DNA of 64,000 nucleotides from positions 1 to 64,000 of the forward strand of contig JAVECL010000051.1 in assembly GCA_051942245.1 (NCBI GenBank), written 5' to 3'. Below, piece after piece: positions 13,053-25,439 of this stretch (the first letter of the stretch is position 1; every line of letters begins with the position of its first letter). Source of the DNA: Trypethelium eluteriae (Eukaryota). The notes beneath the pieces are model-generated. The model saw nothing but the letters and a program-made list of their open reading frames with translations, did no database searches and was not told the DNA's origin. Made by a program: the position numbers and the translations under genes.

Positions 13053-14738
13053 GTAACCCGCCGCAGGAGATATACTGTAAGCAAGGCGTTAAGAGATATA
13101 TAAAGTATTTCTAGATGCCAATGCAACTACGCGACGCAGAAAGCCTGGACCTAGAGTTGCCTCCGTGGGTAGAACCCGGAATATAAGTGGTAAAGCGGTA
13201 TATGAACTGCACAGCCCCTGACTTCTGGGAGGCGTGTTGCAGCGACCCAAAGCGAAGCCACACGGCCTTTCGCTGGTGAAGGATTGTCAGCCATAAAACT
13301 GCCTTGGAAAAAGGCCGAGTAACTGTGGACTAGTTTGACGTCGCGCCACACCCAGGAGTAAGCTGATTGTGTTCCAGCAGCGGCCCGTAGTAGGAAGAGA
13401 GCGCAGCTGAAAGATCGAGTGTCTGCCTTCTGCATGCAAATCTGTATGAAGGGCATGCAGGGAGCTGACTATTAAGAGCCCAGTGACGTCGCTGAGTGTG
13501 CCATAATATCCGGATAAGCATCGCAGATGGCTCTGCTCACAAAACCGAAGTTCTCTCGGGACTGTGGCATATTCGGCATAATTGTACAGACAAGGCTGAC
13601 TTTGAGAAGCCATCCTCCACTTCGGTAGATAGCGACATTTCCTTGGCATGAAGACTTCCCCAAATTCCAAATGTAGTGTTCCGCCAGTGACGTGATGTTA
13701 GTCATCTCTAGGCGCGCTGGTGTGAATGAATTCAGCGTGTGCCTGCTCTGAGGCTGAACGCGGCGCAAGAGTGGCCTCGAAGTCAGTCGAAACGCCCATC
13801 GATTAACTCGCATTATGAGGGTCTTGTCTATTTCTGATTTTTGCTTGTTTCCCATGAGGGTGGTGTCGCAAAAATGATTATTGGATCCCGCCATTCAGTC
13901 GTTATCGCGGCTGCACGAGCTAGAATATTGTTTGCCTTATAGCCCCGCTGGGCAAAGCCAATCTAATTTGCCTTGTGGCTTCAGCGGATACAGCAGACGA
14001 TGAGATCATATAAGAAGGCTGTACGGCACTCTCATCGAGTAGAAAGTGGCGCAAGACATATTTATGATCAGCTCATGTTTTGCTAAGTGGATCAAAGGGC
14101 TGCTGTGAAAATCTCCAAAAAGTTTTGAACAACGCTGCTTTGCGAATGGAACCTGGATCAAATGTGAGCAACTCAATTCAGAGAACATAGCGTCACGACG
14201 TATCTCCCTAAACAACATAGGCTAGAGAAAGTCCGAGTGACCGTTCATATTGGCAAGAGCCTGCCAATCCAGCCACGGTGAGTCTGCCTTGATCGCCCGG
14301 CATTACTCAGACCACTTACCACATAGATAGCTACTAGATCCATTTGTCAATAAAACGCAGGCCTGGTATCCACAGCCAGATGGGTCTAATTTTTTGGTGA
14401 CAATTACCAATCGTCAAAATGGGCAGTCTGGCTGGGAATATAAGCTGAAATACAGCAACGGAGAGCAGGTGGCATCAGGAAACTGGGTCAACGGCGAGAA
14501 GCTCGACAGAGCTAATTGAATGGCTTTTTTACTGTATAGTGAGCCATCGGACGTTTGCAGTTTTGTGCTGCCTCAGGTTTGCAAGGCTGGGGATCTCGGC
14601 TAGTCGGTGAGCCAAGCATTTGGTCATAGATAGGACATAGATAAGTTCAGTCAAGGTAGATCTATCGTCAATTAGGCCTTCCTCTAATTTTTGGAACTCT
14701 GAGCTTATAGTTCTTCAGTCAACGCCAGGTGACCCTCA

Positions 14739-16225
14739 ATGGACGAGTCCAAGGACAAGGCGCGAGCATTGGAGGAGGGGCTGTGCCTGGACCCTGAGAG
14801 ATCACCCACCTCCTTGTCCCAGCCATCTACCACGACCAAGTTTTTACAGGGGACGGTGCTTACTGAAGGAGAGCGCGGTGTGAATTTTGCCTCTCCTGGT
14901 GTGTCCGCAAGCCCCTTGTACAATGCAGAGCCAGGTCGACGTAATAGAAGGCACTGCTTCTCTTTCTTCTGGCCAAGCAGTCCGGAAAAGCCATCAAACG
15001 ACCCAGCGCCGCAGTCAAAGATATATGACATTATCGTGAGGCAGTGTAAGTCAAGCTCGCACGTACTGTGACACATTCGTTCTCAGAGCTGACTTACCCG
15101 TGCGCTATAGTGGAATCATGCCCGAAAGGCTACCCACATCTTGCTGCCTTTCTTGATAGTGATGAGAATTTTATGGTCTATCGACGATTCGGCTATCTTC
15201 AAAGTCGGCTCTTGCTAGAGAAACAAGATGAGCTACGCAAACTTGAGAGAAAACTCGATTTAATAGATGATTATAACAAGACGGCAAATCCAACTTTACT
15301 GCAGATGAGGGATTTGACAGAAGAAGAAGGTGCTGCTCCTCGAAGGGCTCTGTTCACACAGATTGAAGAGAGGTTCCGTGAATACAGTACGCACCACCGC
15401 TGACTGGGGTCTACACTCCTCTAACATCATACGATTAGCAAGTCTTTTAATTACCGCGCAGCATCTTGTGTCATTTAATAAGCCTGCTTCAGGCGATTAT
15501 AAAAGTGTAATCAATTACATGAAAGAAGTCGAGCCGGTAACGCAAAAGGAAAGAGATTGGGTTCGTCACCTAGAAGACCTAGTTACCTTGAGAAATGGCC
15601 GAGAGCACGCGTGGCTCGATTCAGGCATCGAGCACCTTCTCCAATTCTTCCAACAAAGGTTAGGCCTGAAGAAAATCGTCGAAGTAAGCATCCAATCACA
15701 CAACTCCGTCCGTAGTGCGAAATCGAGATGCGCTTAAAGACCCAAGAATGATTACTATCTACCCACCCCTTAAGTGAAGACCAGGCCGCTGATTCTACAT
15801 AGCATCTGTTTTGTTCTACAGAGACCAAGAAAAAGTGTCGAAGTGGCGGTGTGTATTACAGTCGAGGACGCATAAATCGTGCGGCCAGTGGTATCATCAT
15901 CTTCACAATATTAGCTTTGCTTGTCATTCCAATCTATATTCTGTATTATTTGGTGGCTGATGTGGGCACCAGTAGGGCTTACGCTATCTGTATCGGCGTC
16001 CTACTGGTCTCTACTCTGGCCTTTTCGGCGGTTATATCTCTTTTTACAAGAGCTAGGCGCCACGAGATCTTGGCTGCTGCCGCCGCGTAAGTTCAAGAGA
16101 TCTTACATCTACTGTCTGTCCGTTAATAGTCCACCAGATATTGCGCAACTTTGGTCGTCTTCATTGGGAATGTGGGCGGAAATGCGGGTGGAAACGTGGG
16201 CAAAAACGCACCCTGGTGGCACTGA
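14739..16225 (+). CDS. DUF6594-type membrane protein with C-terminal transmembrane helices
   Basis: Signature CPKGYPHLAAFLDSDENFMVYRRFGYLQSRLLLEKQDEL..LE, DLVTL, and a TM cluster ending EILAAAAA|YCATLVVFIG. Introns 15046..15110, 15387..15438, 15684..15802 and 16087..16137 splice in frame. Stop at 16223-16225. Confidence 0.85.
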
Positions 16226-17021
16226 GCCCATGCTGGGTGCGACTACTTTATTTTGTCTCGAGTTGATCAGAGGCAGAGCTTCCGATGCATTGCTTCACCT
16301 TACGACATCTAATATTCAGAACGGGCCTGCGAGAAACCCGGCAATGAGCCATAAGAATAACAAAGTGAATGAAATGAAAGATTATAGGAAAAAAGGTAGA
16401 ATTTCGGTTTATTAATTTAGTTTTTCTTGGATTATCTGATCACGCTATAACCCCCTTCTCACTCAAATCAACAAGGTGTACCTCTTTGTTATAGGTATCT
16501 TATTTATGGCGTAACTTGTGCCGTTGAAGACAACTACATACAACAGCCACAACATAAAATATTTTTACACGAAAGATTTTCATGACTATGAAAGCTACAA
16601 CCTTCTTACAACAACCAACCTATAATATAACACGCAATTAACTTTCTTTGTGGAAAGAGGGTGCGTAACCAACATACTGCAATTCAGGGATAACGCTCGA
16701 AATCCACTAAGTGAAGTGGGTAAGACGAGCTTTCGTTATACTTCGTCGGCAAGAGCTACGTTCAAGGCATTGCAAAGGAAAGGGCATCATCAAGTGGTCG
16801 GATAAAGAGACGGCCCTCATCTACTAACGAAGTCAAGGAGAGAGAAATTTGCCAGCGAACTCGATCTGAGATTAGTTATGAACGAGAGATGAATCCCTTC
16901 CACCAAAACCCAGCGTCATTAACAAATTATGTTTGTGGCATCTCAACCTAGACAACAATCCTCCTGCGTTGGTATCTCGAGTATTTGCCGACGATGGTAG
17001 GCTTATGCGACCAGGTCTAGC

Positions 17022-17417
17022 CTACTCGCCATTGACTATGCCACACTTGCCGTGCTTTATGATATCGTGGAGGTCATCGCCGCAGTGAATCTTGCTGTTG
17101 TCGTTCGCGGAGCATCCGCCGATCTGGACGCCGCCGGAGTCAAGAATGGCGGTGGGGGCGGTGCCGTCGCCGGTGCAGCCGGTGAAGGTATACATCACCT
17201 CACCGAGGCTGAACACCCTGTCACAAGGGGCTTTTGTGAGAACGTCTAGGACTTGCATGCCGGGGTATGCGTGTTCCCCGTCAACCCAAGCGACCCAGTG
17301 ATTGCTCTGGTCGTTGTTCTGGAGTTGCTGGTAGAAGGCAATTGATTGTTGAGCACTCGCAAAGCTGCTCGAGGCGGTGATGCCTAGAAAGGTGAGAAAT
17401 CCGGCGTTCAATTGCAT
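17022..17417 (-). CDS. Small secreted cysteine-containing protein (131 aa), effector-like, unknown function
   Basis: Signal-peptide-like N-terminus (MQLNAGFLTFLGITASSSFASA), 5 Cys, strong C-ending codon bias, TATA-like TATAAA upstream on the minus strand (about 17588-17593). Confidence 0.8.
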   Translation of the reverse strand: MQLNAGFLTFLGITASSSFASAQQSIAFYQQLQNNDQSNHWVAWVDGEHAYPGMQVLDVLTKAPCDRVFSLGEVMYTFTGCTGDGTAPTAILDSGGVQIGGCSANDNSKIHCGDDLHDIIKHGKCGIVNGE

Positions 17418-18332
17418 AATGAAGAAATAATGGGGGTAATGGCGTGGCCTGTTGACGCGAACTATGAGGCAGAATAAAATTGTTTGATGATTGTAGTGAT
17501 GTGGAAGAGCTGAATGAAGAGCTTTAGTGGTAGTGGTGATGATGATGATATGAGGGACTTAAATCATGGAAGCTGGAGATAGACGACCTTTATATTGATA
17601 TTTCGAATGGAGACAGATGGTTTCATTGCACCTCGTCTTGACAAGGCTCGCGGTGGTTTGTCATAACGAGAACGTTTCCATCAAGCACGGAGCAACTTGC
17701 CTTGGAATTTTGAAACCAATCGAGTATTCCTCTTGCTTTAGCACCACTAACATGATGACAATTGTCTCCGTATAGTAGTAGATAATCCTGCTGCGTCGTA
17801 ATGATAGCTCTTCTGAGATGTCATTCGGCTACCATGACGACGGTGACCTTGGCGTCTTTCGCCAGATGGTGGCACTGTTTGTGATCAACTGAGGACAACA
17901 ATATCTTTAGGGATGAGGAGATGTTAAAGGGCAGGAGCGAGATGCAGGGTGACACGTGCACCACCACCCTATATTACCTTCGCCTTCATATACATAGCCC
18001 CTTATTTCTTACGACGTCAGACGGACAACACGGATTGACATTGACTTTTGTTCCATCATTGAGACCACCTCTACACTGTTTGTGATCAACGAAACATAGA
18101 CCATCCAAAAGCGTAGAACAGGCATCCATCGATACGCCGATTCTGTGTCATTGCTAATAAACAACCTATTTTCAGCCTTACGTGAAGTAGATCAGCCGTA
18201 AACATGGCGTGATCCAGTTTGATAGCATGATACGTAGCCGCGCATAGGGGGTTTCTAAACCGATCCTGGCTTCCTAAACAGTGTATGCCCCGTTCATGCT
18301 TGCCGGATGATCTTCCTTGGGGGGTTAGTAGC

Positions 18333-18881
18333 TTATTCCGCGTCCAGCTTCTTATAAGCACTAGTATCCCAAAACATTGAGGACGGGTAGTGGGGGAGCG
18401 TCTCTAACCCGCAGTGGAGGCCGCCTCTGGACAGAATCACGGCTTCCTTCTTGGCCTGTTCTGCATCGTATTGCAAGCCCGCCTTGTTCCCTTCCCATGT
18501 GATGCTCTGGATGTTTGCATTCCCTTCATCATCGTTGTGTGGTTTGGGAACAATGTGGAGTATGTAGCACTCCTCTTGTAACCAGCTTCGAAGGATATGG
18601 AGAGATATGTTGCCATTTTCGTCCGGATCCTCGATCAGCATATCCCATCTGTCGTCCATGCTTCGAGATTTGAACCCGACTTTGAGCTTTTCCACGTCTG
18701 TATCGCTGATCGGCAGACCCCAAGGTGCTGTGAGGGGCTCCTTCATGGGCTTTTTCGAGCCGCGCTCGTACGTCGTCGAAAGCCACTTCTTCATCTCTTC
18801 CTCATCCACATCGCTGTCGCTGTCCGTCGTCAGGAACGCCGTCGTAGGCTCCTTCTTGTCCGCATTGCTGAGCGACGTCAT
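18333..18881 (-). CDS. Hypothetical protein (about 182 aa)
   Basis: Intact ORF with coding-like codon usage and globular content (WGLPISDTDVEKLKVGFKSRSMDDRWDMLIE..LHILRSW). First ATG at about 18881; the ORF track starts at a TTG at 18935. Confidence 0.65.
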   Translation of the reverse strand: MTSLSNADKKEPTTAFLTTDSDSDVDEEEMKKWLSTTYERGSKKPMKEPLTAPWGLPISDTDVEKLKVGFKSRSMDDRWDMLIEDPDENGNISLHILRSWLQEECYILHIVPKPHNDDEGNANIQSITWEGNKAGLQYDAEQAKKEAVILSRGGLHCGLETLPHYPSSMFWDTSAYKKLDAE

Positions 18882-19197
18882 CCTGTAATTTTGTGTCGCC
18901 GAATGTATTGGCTGAGATAGGTATTGAAAGCCCAAGGATTGTGATTGAAAATTCGTATGTGCCTGTGGTGAATGCGTTATTGACTTGTGTAGAGAATTTA
19001 GGAGGTACTGGGAAACGGAGACAGAAATCGAGGTCTAGAGTAGCGAGGCTGAGCCGACTTTAGGTGGCATCAAGAAGTGTTCCATTTTGACACACAGGTC
19101 ACCATTATCTACTAAAGTAAGCACCCTCTATGTGGCAGTAATTGTGGCCCGAAACTGATGTAGGAGACCCGATGAAAAGGTCAAAGTCTCAGGCGAA

Positions 19198-19320
19198 CTC
19201 AGATATAGCTCCAGTTGGCTCAGACGTAGGCTCGTAGCTCCGGCTAATTCAGATATAGCTCAGATGGACTCAAATATAGCCGAGGTGTGGCGTAAAAATA
19301 CACCGCCACAGCTCAGATTT
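19198..19320. repeat. Short degenerate direct repeats (CTCAGATATAGCTC-like)
   Basis: CTCAGATATAGCTC at 19198, TTCAGATATAGCTC at 19248, CTCAAATATAGC at 19269, plus partial GCTCAGA copies. Confidence 0.6.
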
Positions 19321-19372
19321 GCTTATCTATTGCTCATGTCTGAAAGTGGAAAAGAAAGTGGGTGAACCTGAT

Positions 19373-19632
19373 CAGTCTCTTCAGGTCAAAAATAAGTGTC
19401 CGATTTTGCACCCCCCACTACCGCAGCGCAGAGAGACACCTCCACGTCTGTATACAACTCTGCATGCACCTTAGATGTTATATGTAAGGCAAAGATTTAG
19501 ACAACTTAGAATGAAACGCTAAATTTGATACAATAAGAGCATAATGGATGCATCTAGAGAGGTGTGTACTGCCTGTGCCATGGCGGTGTGGGGGTGCAAA
19601 ATCGGACACTTATTTTTGACCCGACGAGTCAG
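19373..19632. mobile_element. MITE / non-autonomous Tc1-mariner-like DNA transposon (about 260 bp)
   Basis: Perfect 32-bp inverted repeat GGTCAAAAATAAGTGTCCGATTTTGCACCCCC at 19384-19415 and its reverse complement at 19590-19621, with imperfect extension on both sides. AT-rich non-coding interior, TA at the right flank (19633-34). Confidence 0.8.
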
Positions 19633-20372
19633 TATCTGTGGATCTACGTAGAGTACACTGGCGACAGTATGGAAGCGATCTGCGCCTTACACGACCTAGT
19701 TTGACGGCCGCTTACGACCAAACACCAGACGGAAGGGACGCTCATCTGCTTTGACTCCAAACACTGATCGTCCGGGAGGTAGGACCGTACGGGAGGTGGG
19801 ATCGTGCAGGAGATGGGACCGTGCGGGTGGTGGTGAAATCGGCTGTCTACTTGATTCACCTGCCAAATTCTGTCCGCTTTTCACGGCAAAGAATTATCGC
19901 AATGTCACAGATTTGGTCGGTAAAATTACAGAGCTCTCTAGGTATGCAGATTAATGCGACGAAGCGTACGCTGCGCACGCAAGTTGCACACGAAGGCCGA
20001 CAGGGGTCCCGAGCAGATTGCAGGCCTTCTCGTATCGATAATTGGACGACTTGACCTGGCTGCTCAGCTCAAACTTTTCTGCAATGCAACAAGGACCGTG
20101 AGGCAGGTCTATCGTGCCAATGAAAAGGTGTATTTCCGGGAATGAAGATGTCACGTTCATCTTCAAAGCGGCCTCCCTAGACAGCCTTCCAGGTGTTCTC
20201 CCCTTTCAAAGCTCTTCACTCAAGGTGGTCGCGCCCAGCCGTGGCTCATGAAGGAGCTGTAAAGACAGGTGATACGAGGTACACTCCAGTACCCCTTTCG
20301 TGTCTGCAACACTGTTCTCGAATCCTCGCTTCTCGCATTTCAGTACTAGTCCACAGACCACATCATTGCAAG

Positions 20373-23300
20373 ATGACGAGCGAGGTTCTTGACCTTCAAT
20401 CGGAGTGGAAGGAAACCTGCGATGAATTCATCAAGGCCACTAGAATGGATCTCAACGTTGAGTCGCCTAATGCTCAGCAAATCCTTGAGAAGCTTGACGA
20501 GCTAAAAGAGGCAAAAGTAGCTGAGAGCAAAACAACCGTTGGCAAAGCCAAAAAGGTAGTGGGCCTCACTCTCCACGCTGTTGAGCGCATTGGCGGCATC
20601 GCGGCTCAAGGAGCATCGATGGCCGGTTTCGGTCCCGCTAATATTACTATGAACTGCATTTCCTTCTTTATTGAAGCCGGCTTCGAGTACGAGAAAATTG
20701 CTGAAAATATTTGGGACCTATTTGGTCGCATTGGCCCGATCATGGAACGGTCGCAGATCTACAAGGACAACCAGATCGTCATTGGTCCAGAAATGACGCG
20801 GTCAGCACACAGGCTCTTGAGAGCCATTGTCAAGACCTGCGAAAAATGCATTGTAATGCTGAAGCCTCGCAAGCGAGACAAGATCAAACGTTTCTTCGAG
20901 GTAGCTCTGTTCAGCAGTGACGGTGATATTAAAGATCAGCTCAGAATCCTAGAATCATTGCAAGACCAAGAAGGGCGCATTAGCGGCGCTGTGACGATGG
21001 TCACGGCGAAGAACATTGAACGAAATGTTGTCGCCGGCTTTCTGGAAAACAAAAAAACCCTCACCAAACTTGAGAGTGCCACAAGCGAAGAGCGGGAGCT
21101 GGCTGATCTCAAAAACAAGCTTGGCATAGAGGATTCTAGCTTCAAGATGGTCAGTGCAGAGTATCGAAATCGTAGAGACAAGCTCTTGCCGATGACCTGC
21201 TCCTGGCTGAACGAGGATTCTGAATATCGATCATGGTCCGATACGACCAAAGAATCGGCTCCGATAATGATCCTTCGGGGGGACGAGGGCTGCGGCAAAT
21301 CGTTCACCACGACTGCAATTATTCGAGATCTGATGGAGCGATATCCTCAGGGTCTTGGTAATGCTAGGAGGATATCCATTGCCTATTTTTATTTAAAACG
21401 AGGCGGTCAGAAGGACGCTCAAGGGCTAAAACTTCTCCCGTCAGTTCGAGATGTTTTACAGTGTTGGGCTGGACAGCTTGTGGAGAACGACTTGATCTAC
21501 CGGAAAGATGTCTATAATTCCTTGACACAGAATGCCGATGCCGGAACGCTAGTTGAAACCTTCCAGAAGCTCTTCCTCGATCATCTCGGCAAAGGCGCCT
21601 TTTTCTTTCTCTTGCTCGATGAGACGCACGAATTAGATGAAGCCGGACGCGACCATCTCATTACTCTTCTCGACAATCTCGCACCATATGAAGCAGACTT
21701 AGGTTCGCTCAGAATCATGCTTACCGCAAGGACCCCATTGTCCCAAAAGCTGTCTTCATGCGACCCATCCAAAATATCGTCTGTGAATTTGGGAGACAGG
21801 ACACGCTCAGACATGAAGGCATATATCAGTGACAGAGCCAATTCTCTTGCCATTTTCAATCAGTCCACAGTTGAAGTCCAAAAGCTTAAAGCCTGGGTCA
21901 TCGCGGAGCTTCCTGAAGCAGTCAACGGTAGCTTCTTCCTAGCAGACCGCACGCTGAACGAGATCAGTAATAGCTACGATCCGGAAGGCGTTCAGCAAAT
22001 CGTAAAGCGAGCGAAAGGAGGCGCTTATCTCAGTGAATCTATCACGAAGGACATCCAAAACTGTAACCGCACGCTCAGCACCAAAGAGATGCGCAGTCTC
22101 AATGTGCTCCTACTCTGGGTCATGTACGGAGAGTGGACGTTCCAGATATACGAGCTAGAGTCGATACTCTTTGTCGAAGAGCAGCGCGAATCCCTCCAGC
22201 CCCTTCATGAGGAGATCGAAAAAAAATACGCTGCCTTTTTCAATGTCACTAGAGTCACTACCAATTCTGAAATGCGATACTCTACTGTAACTCTCAAATA
22301 CAGTTATATTGCGGAATACTTTAAGAACTTGTCAAAAGAGCGCAACTCCCCCGGCAAGACTTTGAATCAAACGCTGTCAAAGGGAGAGATACAGATGGCC
22401 CGGCACTTCATCGAGAAATTGTGTGACCAGGACGTCTATGAACGGCTTGAGTTGGCTGCCTTCTTCGACCAAAAGCTCTCTAAGTCCGAGATCAGCGTGA
22501 TCGTAGACTGCGACAATGCTCAAGCCAGAATGGCGCTTGGCTGTTTGCAGGCCTTGAACTACGAGGATGACGAGCGAGCCAGAAGTCTGCAATTTTATGC
22601 GGGAATTCATCTGACCGCACATCTCAAAGGGATCGATCTTGATATCGTCGATCCTCATATCAAGGCAGAGCTTGGTCCTCTGCTCGTGCGATTGTTCAGA
22701 GAGCCAGCAACTATCGAACTATGCAACAATTTTGTCCGAGAATCATGGGCCTATGATGACGAGGGCATTTCGACAGTCGTGCAGCTGTTACGAAGCTCGG
22801 CTGTGATGAAGAAGGTCGCTGATGCTGATCCTGAGGGAGAACACTGGGTGAACAAAGTTCTGCGTCATGAAAAGCCTGAGATAGAGCTTCTCCGTGATTC
22901 TGCAATAGTTCAAGCACGGTTATGGCTTTCCGCGGAGTCTCCTTCCGACGTAGCCGACCATTTTGAGTGGCTCCATGCATATTACAATAAGGTTTGTTGT
23001 GTCAGATCGATCAAGCTGAGGTCTTTGCTAACCAAAACAGATTTCAAGCGCCGGTGTCAGATCCGAGCGAGTAACGTCGACATCTTTCGAGCAAGATGTC
23101 AGTGTCGATATCATCGATAGTATCTTCACGAAAGTAGCGAAGCTGGATGCAAGTATTGTTCGAGAAGCAAAGAAGCCCAGCATTCGATACTTAGGCATCA
23201 CGTACAGTCTCCATGGGCATATCTCCGAGGCTATCCGCCAGCTTAGCGACGTTCTGGCGCTGGATGCCGATGATCTGCTCGTTCGCAATATCATCGCCAA

Positions 23301-24873
23301 TACATACGCGAAGGGTGACAAGGATGAGAAAATTAAGCCAGACTGGGATAAAGCCCTGTTTCACAAGGATATTGTCATTGCCCAAGTCGAAGCTAGGAAA
23401 CGCCTTTCCATGGAGAGCGAGCCAGAGGATTCCTGGAGAGATCTCATGACAGAGAAAGGGACATGGCTAAGAGAGCTTGGCCGTCATGAGGATTCTCGCC
23501 AGATCTTTGAGGATCTGCTTCGGAAATTTCCAGACGACGACGAAGTTCGTCTGGAGCTCGTGCACACGCTTTGCGAGGCACGCTGTTATGGTGACGTCGT
23601 GGAGATGCTCGAAGGACTAGAGCGTGAAGTCGACTCAAATACGAAGAAGAGCCATCTTTCACGATTCTTCCACAGCCACGCGTGGGATCAGTCATATCAT
23701 GGAAGTATTGTGGGAGCGTTCCACCAGACGGGCAGATTGCAAAACATCGAGGTTTATTACCGTCAGGCCATCAAAGATGCTAACAATGCAGTAGATAAGG
23801 GAACAAAGAATATCTACTACTTTTTGACATATTATCTTGCAGCAATGATATACCGTCACGGAAGGCGCCCGGCTGAGAGAACAGAAGCCATTAGTTTATG
23901 GGAGATGGTTATCAACAGAGCCAACACTGACAAGGACAGCTGGTATGCGCATGTCTTGTGCGCGAGACGGCTCGCAAGGGTCTATATCACTCAGGCCGTC
24001 GAAGCTGGTGGAGACTCGGCTGCTGCTGTCACGATGCTTGACAAAATTCGAGGTTTCGCAGGGCTATCCAGACCAGACAGTAGCGATGAAGACGACGGAA
24101 ACTTCGGCATGTCTCCCTCGGTTGGTCGATCCCTACTTGGCCGATACTACCAAGCAGTTGGAGATGTAGAAAAAGCCAAAGAGCAGCTGCAACCGGACGT
24201 TGAGGTTGCTCTGCAGCTACTATCTGATAATTATCCTGACAATGACTGGCAAGGTTACAGAAAGCTTGGCGATGCATTAATGGATTTCGGCGATGATGAC
24301 AATGCACAAGCGGCATGGTCCCTCATCCAGCCGAGACAAGGGGTTGCGCAGCTCCTCGACTCAGGCACACTGGTGAAAACGACTTCCCCTGCCTCCGACG
24401 AGGCTTCGACCAAACCCACCATCAAATTAGACAGCGGAGCTGTTGCTGCTGACACGCTTCATGAAGAAGACGCACATCCAGTCCCACAGCAAGGGCTTAT
24501 GCGAACCAACACATTCTCAAAACTCAAAGGGCCCCTGACTTATTGTTGCGACGGGCGCTGTGGAACAGAATGGACCTATGCTGACGACTTTTATGTTTGC
24601 CGTGAGTGTATCGACGTGCAGTTCAACGCGGAATGTCTGGAGAAGCTGAAATTGGGGGAGCTCAGCCGTGACGTGTGCGACCCCAGCCACAGGTTCATGC
24701 ATGTGCCTAAGTGGAGTAGTGAGAGCGCCAAGCGCACCCAAGCGAATAAGGTGCTTGTTGGTGATCATGGAATAGACATCAAGGAGTGGCTCGAAAGCAT
24801 AAAGGAGAAATGGGGTCTGGCAGATGCTAAGACCCAAGCGACGGACACTCTTCTCGTCACTGAAGTGGTTTGA
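20373..24873 (+). CDS. Fungal NLR-like STAND protein: helical N-terminal domain + NACHT + TPR-like repeats + C-terminal Cys/His zinc-finger-like domain
   Basis: Walker A GDEGCGKS, Walker B FFLLLDETHEL, TCSWL..EYRSW pre-NACHT motif, TPR-like helices, C-terminal CDGRC..CREC..EC..CDPSH. Intron 22992..23040 joins the 975-aa and 487-aa ORFs in frame. First plausible ATG at 20373. Confidence 0.88.
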
Positions 24874-25439
24874 AAATGGTTGTAGGTATTTAAATCAGTC
24901 TCGTTCGTCACAGCTATTGTACTTGGTAGTTTTGAGTTGTTCTGCGACAAATTCATAATTTGCAAAAGGGTGATCAATACTGGAGGCCCTAATCCAAATC
25001 GATTATGACCAGATTGCGTTGCAGATTTTTGGGAAACCATTGACGCATGTACTAATATAACTGTTGCTCCTCTTACAACGACCCCATGTCCGGTAACAGC
25101 AAATGCTACCTCGTTCCTCCGAATTTCTACAATGCAGTATTCCGAGATTCCCTATCCTGATATCCGCGAAGACTTTTCAGAGTATATCAAGTGCGTTATA
25201 TACCAGCGAATTCTACTCAGCATCTACCTTCTCCAGTAAAATTACTGCTGGTGAGGATTTCTTAAGCCCGTCATAGAGTACTCTAATGCGTAGTGCCACC
25301 AATCAGATCTTCAGCTGATTGAAATAGCAGGGTGGATTGGGGTGTAATGATCGCCGCATGGAGCCGGCGGCTTTGCTCGCTTTGGTTTGTCTCATCAAAC
25401 TCAGACTCTTGAAGAACGCTCGAGGCAGCACTACATGCC

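Noticed and set aside
13151..13894. Overlapping minus-strand ORFs of 100-140 aa upstream of the caspase-like gene
   Set aside because: No recognisable domain or consistent splice model; could be a relic but cannot be supported.
19198..19320. CRISPR-like repeat array
   Set aside because: Eukaryotic context, repeats short and degenerate, spacing irregular, no cas genes.
20373..20600. Amyloid motif at the N-terminus of the NACHT-TPR NLR
   Set aside because: The N-terminus is charged and helical; no N/Q/G-rich motif and no match to the GTFxQGGV motif.
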